DNA of 64,000 bases from Candidatus Cloacimonadales bacterium (GTDB lineage: Bacteria; Cloacimonadota; Cloacimonadia; Cloacimonadales; JAFGVF01). Below the pieces are notes generated by a model, which saw only the letters and a list, made by a program, of their open reading frames with translations, was not told the DNA's origin and did not search any database. The stretch lies in NCBI GenBank assembly GCA_963678315.1, contig OY782781.1:608001-672000 (forward strand), in the 5' to 3' direction. A program made the translations under genes and the position numbers. Below, one piece after another: positions 28,648 through 39,459 of the stretch; position 1 is the first letter of the stretch; each line of letters starts with the position of its first letter.

Positions 28648-29568
28648 TTATTTTAAGCTGATAGCAATCTTGTTTGCTATTGACATCATATTATCCAAGT
28701 ATTTTTCTCCTAAAGGATCTAAAGAAACAACCTTGCCATTAATTTGTTCAGCAATGGATTTGGCTATATCCTCATTGAACTGTTTCTGCACAAATACAGT
28801 CTTAATACCATGTTCTATAGCATAATCTATTATCATTTTTTGTTCTTTAGGAGTAGGTTCTTTGCCTTCAATCTCAATAGGAACTTGCTTTAGCCCATAG
28901 CGATCTGCGAAATATCCCCAAGAAGGGTGGAAGCATAAGAAGCTCTTTCCTTTCACTTTTCTCAGAATCATCTGAATATTACTATCAAGTTCATTAAGCT
29001 CATTAATATAGTTCTTTGAACCTTTTCTGTAGTCTTCTTCAAACTCAGGATATTCAGCCACAAGATAATCTGTCATAGTTTGAACCTGCTTGATAACCAG
29101 TGTTGGGTCTAACCAGATATGAGGGTCAACTCCTCCGTGATTGTCCCCATGATGGTGGTCATCTGCTTCTGCATGATGATGACCATCAGCTTCCATTAAT
29201 TCTTGGATAGTAGCAGGTTTTCTTTTTTCAATACCTTTGTCAGTAGCAATAATATCAAGGTCTGGAAGTTGCTTTTTTAACTTAGGAATTAGCACTTTTT
29301 CAAAAGGAACTCCTATAGTAAAAAGAACCTTAGCCTTGCTAATATCTGACATTTGTTTTGTAGTTGGTTCATAAGTAGCAGGACTTGCCCCTGCTGGAAC
29401 AAGCACTTGAATATCACTAGAGTAACCAACAATCTGGTTTACCATGTCTTTTTGAGGAAGCAAGCTAACAAAGATTGCTTCTTTATTAACTTCCTTCTTT
29501 TTATTTGAGCAAGCTGTAATTGCTATCATAGCAATTATTAACAATACTATAAATCTAGCTTTACGCAT
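28648..29568 (-). CDS. znuA: Zn/Mn ABC transporter lipoprotein solute-binding protein
   Basis: Lipobox ITAC, His-rich loop, DPHIWL. Confidence 0.88.
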   Translation of the reverse strand: MRKARFIVLLIIAMIAITACSNKKKEVNKEAIFVSLLPQKDMVNQIVGYSSDIQVLVPAGASPATYEPTTKQMSDISKAKVLFTIGVPFEKVLIPKLKKQLPDLDIIATDKGIEKRKPATIQELMEADGHHHAEADDHHHGDNHGGVDPHIWLDPTLVIKQVQTMTDYLVAEYPEFEEDYRKGSKNYINELNELDSNIQMILRKVKGKSFLCFHPSWGYFADRYGLKQVPIEIEGKEPTPKEQKMIIDYAIEHGIKTVFVQKQFNEDIAKSIAEQINGKVVSLDPLGEKYLDNMMSIANKIAISLK

Positions 29569-31351
29569 CACATACCTCAATAAATTTGTTTATATCATCT
29601 ACTATTAAATTCAATGAAGATTTCCAGAATTCAACTGAGTTAACATCAATTCCCATTAACTTAACTACATCTGTAATATCATTCTTGCCAGTAGCTTCAA
29701 GTAACTTGTCATAATCTTCTAAGAAGCTTTCTCCACGTTTTTGGTATTCAGCATATAGACCTAAAGCAAAGAGCTGACCAAATGCATAAGGGAAGTTATA
29801 GAAGTTAGCAGTTACATAATAATAATGAGGTTTACATGCCCACATATATGGGTGTAAGAATTCACTATCTAAACCATCTCCATAAGCATCTTTCTGTGCT
29901 TGAAGCATAGTTTCCTTTAACTCTTCTACTGTTAAATCACGTTCTTTTCTCTTTTCGAAGAGAGCCGATTCAAACAAGAATCTACTGTAAATATCAACTA
30001 TTGTTTGAGTAGAATCTGATATTCTTCCTTCAAGAAGTGTAAATGTTTGTTCAGGTGTAGCATTTTCTAAAACAGCATTGTTTATAATTGTTTCACAGAA
30101 AATTGAAGCAGTTTCTGCTAAAGGCATCGGGTAGTCAGAATTCAAAGCACTTTGAGAGCTTAAAACATGACCATGATATCCATGACCAAGCTCGTGAGCT
30201 AATGTAGACACATCACTGAAAGAACCTGTAAAATTGGATAATATTCTTGATTGGCCAATTGCATGAATACCAGAGCAGAATGCTCCACCACGTTTACCTT
30301 TTCTTGGCTCAGCATCAATCCAATTCTTATCAAAGGCATTCTTTGCAAAGTCTGATAGCTTGCTACTAAATTTACCAAAGTTCTCAACTATAAAATCTCT
30401 TGCTTCATCATAAGTGTAAGTCATGTCTGCTTGCCCCATTGGAGCAAACATTTCATAGAAAGGAAGTCCTTTCTTATGACCTAACAATTCACCTTTCTTT
30501 TTAAGGTATTTTCTAAATTCTGGTAAGGTCTCTCTGATAGCTTCAAGCATTGCATCTAAAGTTGATTGCTCCATTCTAGAATTAAATAGGGTCATAGCTA
30601 ATGGAGAGTCATAGCCTCTTTGATCACAAATAGTAAGGACTTCGCCCTTGATTGCATTAAGTGATGCACCAACCACATCTTCAACTTTTTTATAGGCTTT
30701 AAGCTCTGCTTCATAAGCATCTTTTCTTACTTTTGCATCTTTATGATAAGCCATGTTGCGAACTACTGGAAGGGGTTCTTGAACAGACTTACCATCTTTC
30801 TCCATATCAACCATTAAAGTAGAGATCACGTTTGATTGAAGTCTCACCCAGGCTGTTGAACCAGTTTGCTGTAACTTAGCATACATTAATTCAAGCTCGT
30901 CAGAAAGCATATAGTCTTTCATCTTTGCTATTTCATGAATATAATATCTGTGCTCTTTAAGAAAATCAGATTCATCAATTATTTCATCAAGATTTGGAAT
31001 CATACAAACCCATTTGTTAAACTTAACATTAGCATCTGTCATTTCTATAAACTTACTTTGCAATAATTGAATATATTTTATTGAATCTTCATCTTGTACA
31101 TTAGTAGAATTTGTAAGGGAAGCAAATGAATAAAGCGTATCTGCTAATTTGCTTATATCTAATGAAGTTTGAAGTCTAGCCTCTAATGCTTTAACTACTT
31201 CTTCTTTAGTGAAATTGTCTTTATTCTCATTCAAATGTTGTGCATCTTTGTTTGTTTTTACTATTAAATCATCTAATTTACCTAAATCTCTCTTGTATTC
31301 AGCTGATTCAAAAGCAGTATATAATTCTTTTAAGCTCCATCTCATTTCCAT
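29561..31351 (-). CDS. pepF: M3 family oligoendopeptidase F
   Basis: GKRGGAFC, HELGH, PLAETAS, FYNFPY. Confidence 0.9.
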   Translation of the reverse strand: MEMRWSLKELYTAFESAEYKRDLGKLDDLIVKTNKDAQHLNENKDNFTKEEVVKALEARLQTSLDISKLADTLYSFASLTNSTNVQDEDSIKYIQLLQSKFIEMTDANVKFNKWVCMIPNLDEIIDESDFLKEHRYYIHEIAKMKDYMLSDELELMYAKLQQTGSTAWVRLQSNVISTLMVDMEKDGKSVQEPLPVVRNMAYHKDAKVRKDAYEAELKAYKKVEDVVGASLNAIKGEVLTICDQRGYDSPLAMTLFNSRMEQSTLDAMLEAIRETLPEFRKYLKKKGELLGHKKGLPFYEMFAPMGQADMTYTYDEARDFIVENFGKFSSKLSDFAKNAFDKNWIDAEPRKGKRGGAFCSGIHAIGQSRILSNFTGSFSDVSTLAHELGHGYHGHVLSSQSALNSDYPMPLAETASIFCETIINNAVLENATPEQTFTLLEGRISDSTQTIVDIYSRFLFESALFEKRKERDLTVEELKETMLQAQKDAYGDGLDSEFLHPYMWACKPHYYYVTANFYNFPYAFGQLFALGLYAEYQKRGESFLEDYDKLLEATGKNDITDVVKLMGIDVNSVEFWKSSLNLIVDDINKFIEVCDA

Positions 31352-31481
31352 GATAAACTCCTATTATTGTTTTCTTGTTATAATATAATAAGCACTTGCA
31401 ATTAGTCAATTTAAAAAATCTATTTGTTGTTAACAAAGAACTTGTAATTAGATTATCTAAAAATAAAAAGGTGGTATTAAA

Positions 31482-31904
31482 ATGATATTGAATCCATATT
31501 TAACATTTAATGGTAACTGTGAAGATGCCTTCAACTTCTATAAAGAAGTATTTAATAAGGAATTCTCATACTTCTCTCGCTTAAAAGATATGCCAGACAA
31601 TAATAACATACCTAAAGAAATGGCAGAAAAGGTTATGCATGTTTCTCTTCCACTAAGCAAGGAAACTGTTCTAATGGGAAGCGATGCTTATGAAGAAGTT
31701 ACCCCTGAAGTTTCTTTCGGTAACAATATTGTATTATCAGTTACATTCGACAACATTGATGAAACTAATAAAGTCTTCAATAGCCTAGCTGATGGGGGAA
31801 AGATAATTATGCCCATTGAAAAAACCTTTTGGGCTCCACTTTATGGACAAGTTGAAGATAAATTTGGTATCAATTGGATGATTATGACATATCTTCCTGA
31901 ATAA
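31482..31904 (+). CDS. VOC/PhnB-like protein
   Basis: PYLTFNGNCEDA, DKFGINW. Confidence 0.88.
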   Translation: MILNPYLTFNGNCEDAFNFYKEVFNKEFSYFSRLKDMPDNNNIPKEMAEKVMHVSLPLSKETVLMGSDAYEEVTPEVSFGNNIVLSVTFDNIDETNKVFNSLADGGKIIMPIEKTFWAPLYGQVEDKFGINWMIMTYLPE

Positions 31905-31921
31905 ATCATCCTTAAATATCG

Positions 31922-31949
31922 GCCCATGATTGAAATCATGGGCTTTTTT
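31922..31949 (+). terminator. Rho-independent terminator
   Basis: GCCCATGAT-TGAA-ATCATGGGC-TTTTTT. Confidence 0.85.
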
Positions 31950-31980
31950 GTTTGCCCCTTTGGGAGTATCCTGCAAAATC

Positions 31981-32258
31981 GGAAGGCCATCGTCCTTGAT
32001 GGCCAAACCTACGAAAGTAGGTTATATAAGAGATTTAAATATATGTTTAGCATATATTTAAATACAAAAGCCGGCACGGAGGCCAGCGTTCCCAGTATTA
32101 TTAGCCAGCTATCCGGCAGCAGCCGGACTAAAGGCAAAGCGTTCCCAGTATTTGCTGGATTAAAGACACAACAGCGTTCCCTTCACTCCTAACTAACTCC
32201 TGCCTTACTGGTCTCCTTGAAAAATTGGCCTTTTTTCAATGGGACTAGTAAGGAAGAC
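31981..32258. repeat. Mosaic REP-like array 3: unique hairpins, B modules in reverse, A in reverse
   Basis: 32104-32149 is a near-perfect reverse complement of 8913-8958; 32186-32258 is a reverse copy of module A. Confidence 0.85.
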
Positions 32259-32610
32259 GTAAGCAACTATCAAGAGTTGGATTGACTAGCCTTTTCTTAC
32301 ACCTTAAACCCAGATGATGTATTAGACTTGACGAAAAGAGTGCATATTATTTCAGCAAAATATCTTACAGAATCGAAGTTTGAATAATATATATTCTAGC
32401 TGAGATTATGGAACTTATTCTTGCCATGAGTCTTCGCTAAAGCTACGCCCTCACAGGAATAATATAGTGCTATTTTTCAAGTTCTAGTGCATTATTTGGG
32501 TTAAACAAAACATTACAGTAAATAATTTAAAGACCAAGCAGGTAACTAGGAAATATCTTGACAGTCTTATAAACTACTAATATTATTTGATTTATAACAA
32601 AGGAGATTTT

Positions 32611-34437
32611 ATGTGTACAATGAAAAAAGTATTTGTAATCATTATTTTATTTACGTGTTTTGCTTTATTTGCTGACGGAGTAGCCCCTTTAGGAACAGGA
32701 ACAAATGAGGATCCTTATCAAATAGAGACACTTAACAACTTACTATGGTTATCCACAAATCCAGATGTATGGGATGATAATGCCTATTTTATACAGACAA
32801 GTGATATCATTGCTACTGATACTGAAAACTGGAATTATGGTTCAATTCATATACCTCCTTTTGATGTCTATCAGGGGTTTTCCCCAATTGGAACATCTGA
32901 CCAAAATTTTACGGGTCACTATGATGGGCAGGGCTTTTCAATCACAAATTTATATATTTTTAGAGGACAATACCATATTGGCTTATTTGGAAATATTTCT
33001 GGTTCAATTGTTGAAAATGTAGTAATTGAAAATTCGGTGATTGATGGATTGGGCCATGAAGGAGGACTTGTGGGAACATGCGATACATCAGAGATTTCTA
33101 ACTGTATTATGATAAACATTGAAATTAATCAAAACTTTGATGATATGTTACTTAATATTCACAGTCCAAGCGACATTGGAGGTATGATAGGAGACTCCTA
33201 TCTGTCTACAGTAACTAATTGTCAAGCTAGCTGTACACTTAAAGGTTATGATAACATTGGTGGTATAATCGGTTATAACCACCAAACATCAGTAAGTAAT
33301 TCATTTTCCTCTGGAAACCTAATAGGAGAAAACAATATTGGCGGACTAATAGGCTTTAATCAGTTTATGTCTCCAGTAACCTATTGCTACTCAGCTTGTA
33401 ATGTTACAGGGACTGAGGAGGTTGGTGGCTTGATTGGAGATAATACAACTTCTGAAGTTAAAAACTCTTATGCTCTTGGTGCTGTTGAGGGAAATATCCA
33501 GGTCGGGGGTTTAGTTGGTTCCTGCCAAAACGATTCACATGTTAAGTATTGTTATTCAACAGGAAATGTAATTGGAACAACAGACGTAGGTGGTTTGATA
33601 GGAGTTAATTATCAATCAACAGCTGAATCATCATTCTGGGATATGGGTACATCAAATCAAGCAAATAGCATTTTAGGAACTGGAAAGACTACTGTCGAAA
33701 TGCAACTAATCTCAACTTATACCGATGCTGGATGGGATTTTGTTGGTGAATCAGCTAACGGAACCGGAGATATATGGGATATTGATAGTGGATATCCAAT
33801 TATTGTTGCAACTCCGGAAGAAGATGAAACGCTACCGGTTCAGCTATCCTCATTCGATGCTATTGCGACATCATCTAATACTGCTCAATTGAACTGGTCA
33901 ACAGCATCAGAATCTAACCTTCTAGGATACAATATATACAGAAATGAGAACATGGATTCCCAAACAGCTCAAAGAATTAACTCTAATTTAATCACAGCTA
34001 ATAACTTCTCTACAGGCTCAGACTACACTTATATTGATGATGAAATTGAACCAGAGGTTACCTATTATTACTGGCTAGAAAGCTTAGAATTAAGTAATGA
34101 AAATTGCTTATATGGACCTGTGAGTGTTAGAATTGAAACTGTAGAAAATGAGAATGTATTACCTGCAGAAACTATCCTCTTCTCTGCTTATCCAAATCCA
34201 TTCAACCCGCAAACAACTATTAAATTCAATGTTAAAGAAAATGACCAAGCTTCACTCACTATCTTTAACTCTAAAGGACAAGTCGTAAAATCATTAGGAA
34301 ACTACCTTCCAGGACAGCATACACTTGTCTGGAATGGACAAAATAATCAAGGCAAAAATGTATCATCAGGTGTTTATTTTTATCAACTTAAATCAAGTGG
34401 ATATAGCAAGATAAGCAAAATGATGCTTATGAAATAG
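32611..34437 (+). CDS. Secreted GLUG-repeat beta-helix protein with LPVQLSSF domain and FlgD-Ig/T9SS-like CTD
   Basis: GTGTNEDPYQI, repeated (V/I)GGL(I/V)G, TLPVQLSSF, AYPNPFNPQT; AGGAG before ATG 32611. Confidence 0.85.
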   Translation: MCTMKKVFVIIILFTCFALFADGVAPLGTGTNEDPYQIETLNNLLWLSTNPDVWDDNAYFIQTSDIIATDTENWNYGSIHIPPFDVYQGFSPIGTSDQNFTGHYDGQGFSITNLYIFRGQYHIGLFGNISGSIVENVVIENSVIDGLGHEGGLVGTCDTSEISNCIMINIEINQNFDDMLLNIHSPSDIGGMIGDSYLSTVTNCQASCTLKGYDNIGGIIGYNHQTSVSNSFSSGNLIGENNIGGLIGFNQFMSPVTYCYSACNVTGTEEVGGLIGDNTTSEVKNSYALGAVEGNIQVGGLVGSCQNDSHVKYCYSTGNVIGTTDVGGLIGVNYQSTAESSFWDMGTSNQANSILGTGKTTVEMQLISTYTDAGWDFVGESANGTGDIWDIDSGYPIIVATPEEDETLPVQLSSFDAIATSSNTAQLNWSTASESNLLGYNIYRNENMDSQTAQRINSNLITANNFSTGSDYTYIDDEIEPEVTYYYWLESLELSNENCLYGPVSVRIETVENENVLPAETILFSAYPNPFNPQTTIKFNVKENDQASLTIFNSKGQVVKSLGNYLPGQHTLVWNGQNNQGKNVSSGVYFYQLKSSGYSKISKMMLMK

Positions 34438-34457
34438 TATCATATTATCCCATAAAG

Positions 34458-34485
34458 AAAGAGACGCCCAATAAGCGTCTCTTTT
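34458..34485. terminator. Bidirectional terminator
   Basis: AAAGAGACGC-N7-GCGTCTCTTT between convergent genes. Confidence 0.75.
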
Positions 34486-34514
34486 ATATATATTGTTTAT
34501 TTAATCTACTAAGA

Positions 34515-35987
34515 CTATTTAAGTAAATCTTCCACCCATACTTGAAGGTTTTCTTCTAGGGCAGGACTATAGCCACCCTCAGTAAATCTTATCTTACCTT
34601 CTTTATCAATAACGCACAAGAAAGGAATTCCATCAAATCCAAACTTGTCGGATAGATCATCAGAACCAAAAGCAAGGTCCATTTTGTATCCTTCTTGTTT
34701 GAACATACCTACAGCATTTCTTTTGTTTTGTTCCCAAACATTGATAGAGATTACCTTAACATCTTTAGGAGCACTTTCTACAAACTTGCTAAGAACTGGC
34801 ATAGCCATTCTGCAAGGTCCACACCATGTAGCCCAGAAATCTAGAATAAGAACATTACCTTTAAGACTCTCAAGAGTGTATTCATTACCATCAACATCAG
34901 TTATTGTTGTAGCAGGTGCGTCTTTACTAATCTTCTTTGATAAGGTTTCCTTCTTTCTTTCAGGCTTACCTTTATCCCAGTTCTCTCTAGCTTTAGCTTT
35001 TATCCTTTCAAATCTTTTGTTACCTGCTAATTGATCATATCTTTCTTGATTATCAAAAGAATAATAAGCATCAAAACCATTTTTAACAGCTTGTTCGTAG
35101 TAGTCACAGAACTTCTTAGTGTTATTTACACTTAGATATGTTTCTCCAATAAGTAATAATCTCATCTCATCTTCAATATACTTATTTTCTGAGATAAACT
35201 TAACTGTCTCATCAGTAGATTTGTTATTTAGAATAAGTTCAATCATTCTAGTAGAAATCATCTGCATAAGTTCAGCTTGACTATACTTATCTTTGTATTG
35301 AGAATAAGCAGACTGCCAAACGACATAAGCTCTTGGATAATCAGCCATCAGAGTATAAAGACTAGCATATTCAACATCAAGATTAAGGGCAAGCTTTTCA
35401 GTCTTATGCTTATCTAGGATAGCCATAGCTTCTTTATATTTACCTTGAGCAAGAAGAATTCTATATTTAGTAGTGATATTGTTCTTATCTTCAACATCCA
35501 TTTGATAATAAACATCAAACTTAGCTAAGTCTTTCTTTATCATTTCAGTTAACTCAGGCTTCTTGTCCATAGACTTGTTTTCAAGAAGTGAGATATAGGC
35601 ATTAGTTAACAAGCGATATCCATACTCCCAATCAGAATCAATATCAATTGCCTGATTAGCTAGAAGTATAGATTCTTGACCATCCTCTGTTATCCTTCCA
35701 TAAAGATAAATCGCAACTTTATCTTGAGGATTACGCTTATACTTTTGGAATGCTAAATCTATACTCTTCTCAGGATTCAGTCTTTCTAGCATACTAGATG
35801 AATTCCTTAGAACTGTAATGTCATCACTATTTGAGAAATATTCAACAGCAATCTCTTCTGCTTTCTTTTCATCTCTTTGCTTATAGGCTTGTTCAATTTC
35901 GCTTTTGTAGTTTTCTAATGTAAAGTCTTTGCTAAATAAACTAAGGCTTACAATTAATACTGCAAACAAGATAAGATACTTTTTCAT
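34515..35987 (-). CDS. Exported helical-repeat (TPR-like) protein with C-terminal TlpA-type redoxin
   Basis: Signal peptide; LDFWATWCGPC; GIPFLCVID. Confidence 0.85.
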   Translation of the reverse strand: MKKYLILFAVLIVSLSLFSKDFTLENYKSEIEQAYKQRDEKKAEEIAVEYFSNSDDITVLRNSSSMLERLNPEKSIDLAFQKYKRNPQDKVAIYLYGRITEDGQESILLANQAIDIDSDWEYGYRLLTNAYISLLENKSMDKKPELTEMIKKDLAKFDVYYQMDVEDKNNITTKYRILLAQGKYKEAMAILDKHKTEKLALNLDVEYASLYTLMADYPRAYVVWQSAYSQYKDKYSQAELMQMISTRMIELILNNKSTDETVKFISENKYIEDEMRLLLIGETYLSVNNTKKFCDYYEQAVKNGFDAYYSFDNQERYDQLAGNKRFERIKAKARENWDKGKPERKKETLSKKISKDAPATTITDVDGNEYTLESLKGNVLILDFWATWCGPCRMAMPVLSKFVESAPKDVKVISINVWEQNKRNAVGMFKQEGYKMDLAFGSDDLSDKFGFDGIPFLCVIDKEGKIRFTEGGYSPALEENLQVWVEDLLK

Positions 35988-36014
35988 AAGATAACTCCTT
36001 TTTATATGCTTATA

Positions 36015-37304
36015 CTATTTTTCAAGCTCGTTAACCCAGCGAGCAATATCATTAATCACATCTTCAGCAACAAAACCAGCTTTCATGTATTCAGATGGTT
36101 GTGAAGGACCTTGACCAGCAATGAATAAATGGTTAAGAGTTGGGTAGCTTTTAAAGTCCCAGTTGTCCTCGCCATCATAATACTTCTTCCAAAGATTGAA
36201 GTCTGTCATGGTTACTTGGTAATCCCTTTCTCCTTGTAGTACAAGAATAGGCTTTTCAACTTCTTCTGCTACGGCTATTTGGTCGTAAGAGTTAAGACTA
36301 TACCAATATTCTTTTGATAAGCCAAGAAGAAGGGGTTCTGCAACCTCTACATCTAAGCTTGTAATCTTCTTAACTTCTTTCAATTGAGCTTTTATCAGAG
36401 CTAAATCAGCCTTATCAACCTTACCTTTAATATCCATTATATATTGAACTTGTTCTAAAACTAAATCTTCTGTTGGTCTAGCATTAGCAGCAAGCATTAT
36501 TGCACCCTGGAACGCTTTATCACTAGTCATAATCTTTGGTGCTACAAATGCTCCCATACTATGACCTAAAAAGTATATATTTCTACCTTTCCACTTCTTG
36601 CTAATAAAATCAAAAGCTGCATTTACTTCAGTTAAATACTCATCATCAATATTGAAGCCTGGAATATCTTTAACTATTATTGGGTAATTCTTTGTTCGTT
36701 TGTCATATCGAAAAGTTGCTACACCTTGGCTAGCTAGACCGTAAGCTAAATCTCTAAATGGTTTATTTGAAGCAAGCGTTTCATCTCTATCGTTAGGACC
36801 TGAACCCGTTGCCATAATAATTATAGGGAAAGACCTCATGTTCTTGGGTATGGTGATAGTACCTTTAATCATATACCCTTGACAATCAAACTCTACATCC
36901 TCTTCAATCATTGCTTTTGCATCAGTGTAAGGAGGTATTTCGAAGTTTGTAGTGTGTTGAGATGGTTTGAAATAGATTCCTGAAAGCTTTTCATCATTAG
37001 AAATTGTAAGAAGCAGGTCCATGTAAACATTCTCGAACTTGAGAGTAATTGTATATGCAGTGAACTCTTCTCTTTTATCAGACTTCTTATCAACAAGCTT
37101 TTCAAAAGTCCCTGTACTCTCAATTAAACTATGCCATACAGACTCTAAGCGACCTGGTAAAAGTACCTCTGACATCTCTTTACTATATAACTCTTCACAC
37201 TCAGTAAACTGCTCATTAATAAGCATATCTGTAATCTTATCTGCAAGATCGGCATATAATCCGACAGCTATTAACAGAATAAAAGCAATCAATACTTTTC
37301 TCAT
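36015..37304 (-). CDS. Exported alpha/beta hydrolase (DUF3887-like N-terminus)
   Basis: GSGPNDRDE, RYDKR, GHSMG, LQGERDYQV, LNHLF. Confidence 0.85.
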   Translation of the reverse strand: MRKVLIAFILLIAVGLYADLADKITDMLINEQFTECEELYSKEMSEVLLPGRLESVWHSLIESTGTFEKLVDKKSDKREEFTAYTITLKFENVYMDLLLTISNDEKLSGIYFKPSQHTTNFEIPPYTDAKAMIEEDVEFDCQGYMIKGTITIPKNMRSFPIIIMATGSGPNDRDETLASNKPFRDLAYGLASQGVATFRYDKRTKNYPIIVKDIPGFNIDDEYLTEVNAAFDFISKKWKGRNIYFLGHSMGAFVAPKIMTSDKAFQGAIMLAANARPTEDLVLEQVQYIMDIKGKVDKADLALIKAQLKEVKKITSLDVEVAEPLLLGLSKEYWYSLNSYDQIAVAEEVEKPILVLQGERDYQVTMTDFNLWKKYYDGEDNWDFKSYPTLNHLFIAGQGPSQPSEYMKAGFVAEDVINDIARWVNELEK

Positions 37305-37380
37305 ATCACCTCTAACATAGTTCTTTAGTAAAATCTACCTACCCATATTCAAGAATTTACTTCAGCCCACTTTACTGCTA

Positions 37381-37713
37381 TTATCTATTAGCTAAGAATT
37401 CCTTAAAGCTATTTATTGCATCAGTTAAGAATTGGTAATATTCATCAAAGTTAGAAGAATCCTGCTCTTTTCCTGCCATTTCAAATCTCTTACCTGCTTC
37501 ACTTAATTGATGAAGTGCTAAATTTGCAGCTGTGCCTTTCAAAGTATGACCAGCAATTCTGACTGATTCAAAGTCTCCATTCTTAATACCATTAGATATT
37601 TGTTCATCAGTCTCTTCAGCAAGTTCAATCACATCTTCAAGCAGTTCATAAATAAGTTCTTCGTCACCAATTCTATCTATTGCCTCTTGTGCATCAAATA
37701 TTTTATATTCCAT
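37381..37713 (-). CDS. Stand-alone Hpt phosphotransfer protein
   Basis: GHTLKGTAANL; GGAGG before MEYK at 37713. Confidence 0.85.
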   Translation of the reverse strand: MEYKIFDAQEAIDRIGDEELIYELLEDVIELAEETDEQISNGIKNGDFESVRIAGHTLKGTAANLALHQLSEAGKRFEMAGKEQDSSNFDEYYQFLTDAINSFKEFLANR

Positions 37714-37803
37714 CTTTCCTCCAATATTAGTTATTCTATGCATTATCTTCAATAATATTATAGCTTGTCAATGATTATCTTAAAGTCTGATTATAAGTTT
37801 TAC

Positions 37804-39339
37804 TTAGAAACTCTTTTCTAAACTTCTATATTGAATTGCCTCTGAAATATGTTCAGCTTTAATCTTGTCTGAAGCATCTAAATCAGCTATGGTTCGAGCA
37901 ACCTTAAGGATTCTATCATAAACTCTTGCCGAATACCCTCTCTTTTCTATAGTCATTTTCAATAAATGGTTAGAATCTTCGTCTAAGTTACAGAACTTTC
38001 TAGTGTGCTTCGGACTCATCTGAGCATTACAGAATATTCTATCTTGGTCAAATCTTTTTAGCTGTATCTTTCTTGCTCTGTTAACCCTATCACGTATTTG
38101 CTGTGAATATTCTCCATCGGGTATGCCACCCAAATCCTTATAAGGAACAGCTGGAACTTCTACATGAATATCAATTCTATCAAGCAATGGACCTGAGACC
38201 TTAGCCCTATATCTCTGTATCATGTTGGCTGTGCAAGTACAGTCATGCCCTACCACATTTGTGTTGTAGTAACCACAAGGACAAGGGTTCATAGACGCTA
38301 CAAGTATGAATTTTGCTGGGAACATCAAAGATTGAGAAGCCCTTGAAACAGTAACAATGCCATCTTCTAAAGGCTGTCTTAGAACTTCCAGAACTGATTT
38401 CTTGAACTCTGGTAATTCATCTAAAAAGAGAACTCCGTTATGAGATAGAGAAACTTCTCCTGGCTTAGGATAAGTACCACCACCAATCAAGGCAACATCA
38501 CTTGTGGTATGGTGTGGAGATCTAAAAGGTCTAGAAACGACTATTCCATTAACCTTATTGGTTGGTAAACCAGCAACAGAATGTATCTTAGTGGTCTCAA
38601 GTGCTTCATCCAATGACAAATCAGGTAGAATTGTTGCAAAGCGTTTAGCAAGCATTGTCTTACCTGAGCCTGGAGGTCCGACCATAAGAAGGTTATGTCC
38701 TCCTGCTGCGGAAACTTCTAACGCTCTCTTTACGTGATATTGACCTTTTACGTCATGCATATCTGCATCAGAAGTGTTAAGCACATTGAAAAGTTCTTTC
38801 AAATCAAAGTGGTAAGGTTCTATTTGAATTAGTTTATTGAAGAAGTTTGTAGCATCATTAAGTGAATGAACAGGTATCACATCTAATCCTTGAATCACTG
38901 CTGCCTCGCTAGCATTTTCATAAGGGACAACAATACCTTTTAGTTTGTCTTTTTTAGCTTCCAAAGCAATAGGCAAGACCCCTTTTATAGCCTTCACAGA
39001 GCCATCTAATGATAATTCTCCTATGATTGCATATTTATCAGCATCTCTAGTTTTGATTTCTCTTCTTGCTATTAAAGCAGCAACAGCAATAGCTAAATCT
39101 AAAGCTGAACCCTCTTTCCTTAAATCAGCAGGTGCCAAATTGATAATATAGCTTCCAGCCTTTCTAGTAAAACCAGAATTAATAATTGCAGTTAAAACTC
39201 TTTCCTTGCTCTCTTTTACGCTATTTGAAGCCATTCCCACCATTATTGGTGCATTCATTTTAGTTCTAAAATCTGCTTCTATTTCTACTTTATGAGCTTC
39301 TATACCAACAGTTGTATATGATAAAGATTTACCTAACAT
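37804..39339 (-). CDS. comM: YifB/ComM Mg-chelatase-like AAA ATPase
   Basis: INLAPAD, GPPGSGKTM, PFRSPHHT, NPCPCGY, GPLLDRID. Confidence 0.93.
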   Translation of the reverse strand: MLGKSLSYTTVGIEAHKVEIEADFRTKMNAPIMVGMASNSVKESKERVLTAIINSGFTRKAGSYIINLAPADLRKEGSALDLAIAVAALIARREIKTRDADKYAIIGELSLDGSVKAIKGVLPIALEAKKDKLKGIVVPYENASEAAVIQGLDVIPVHSLNDATNFFNKLIQIEPYHFDLKELFNVLNTSDADMHDVKGQYHVKRALEVSAAGGHNLLMVGPPGSGKTMLAKRFATILPDLSLDEALETTKIHSVAGLPTNKVNGIVVSRPFRSPHHTTSDVALIGGGTYPKPGEVSLSHNGVLFLDELPEFKKSVLEVLRQPLEDGIVTVSRASQSLMFPAKFILVASMNPCPCGYYNTNVVGHDCTCTANMIQRYRAKVSGPLLDRIDIHVEVPAVPYKDLGGIPDGEYSQQIRDRVNRARKIQLKRFDQDRIFCNAQMSPKHTRKFCNLDEDSNHLLKMTIEKRGYSARVYDRILKVARTIADLDASDKIKAEHISEAIQYRSLEKSF

Positions 39340-39459
39340 AGATCCTCCTTTATTTGTAGTACATATTTAGCTACTATAAAAGATATGTCAACATATTATA
39401 ACTTTACAACTGTCAAATAAACAATCTAAATAGACCTCTATCCAAAGAAAATTGTTCTA

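Noticed and set aside
32409..32425. sigma54 promoter upstream of the GLUG gene (TGGAACTTATTCTTGC)
   Set aside because: GG-to-GC spacing is 11 nt, not the required 10
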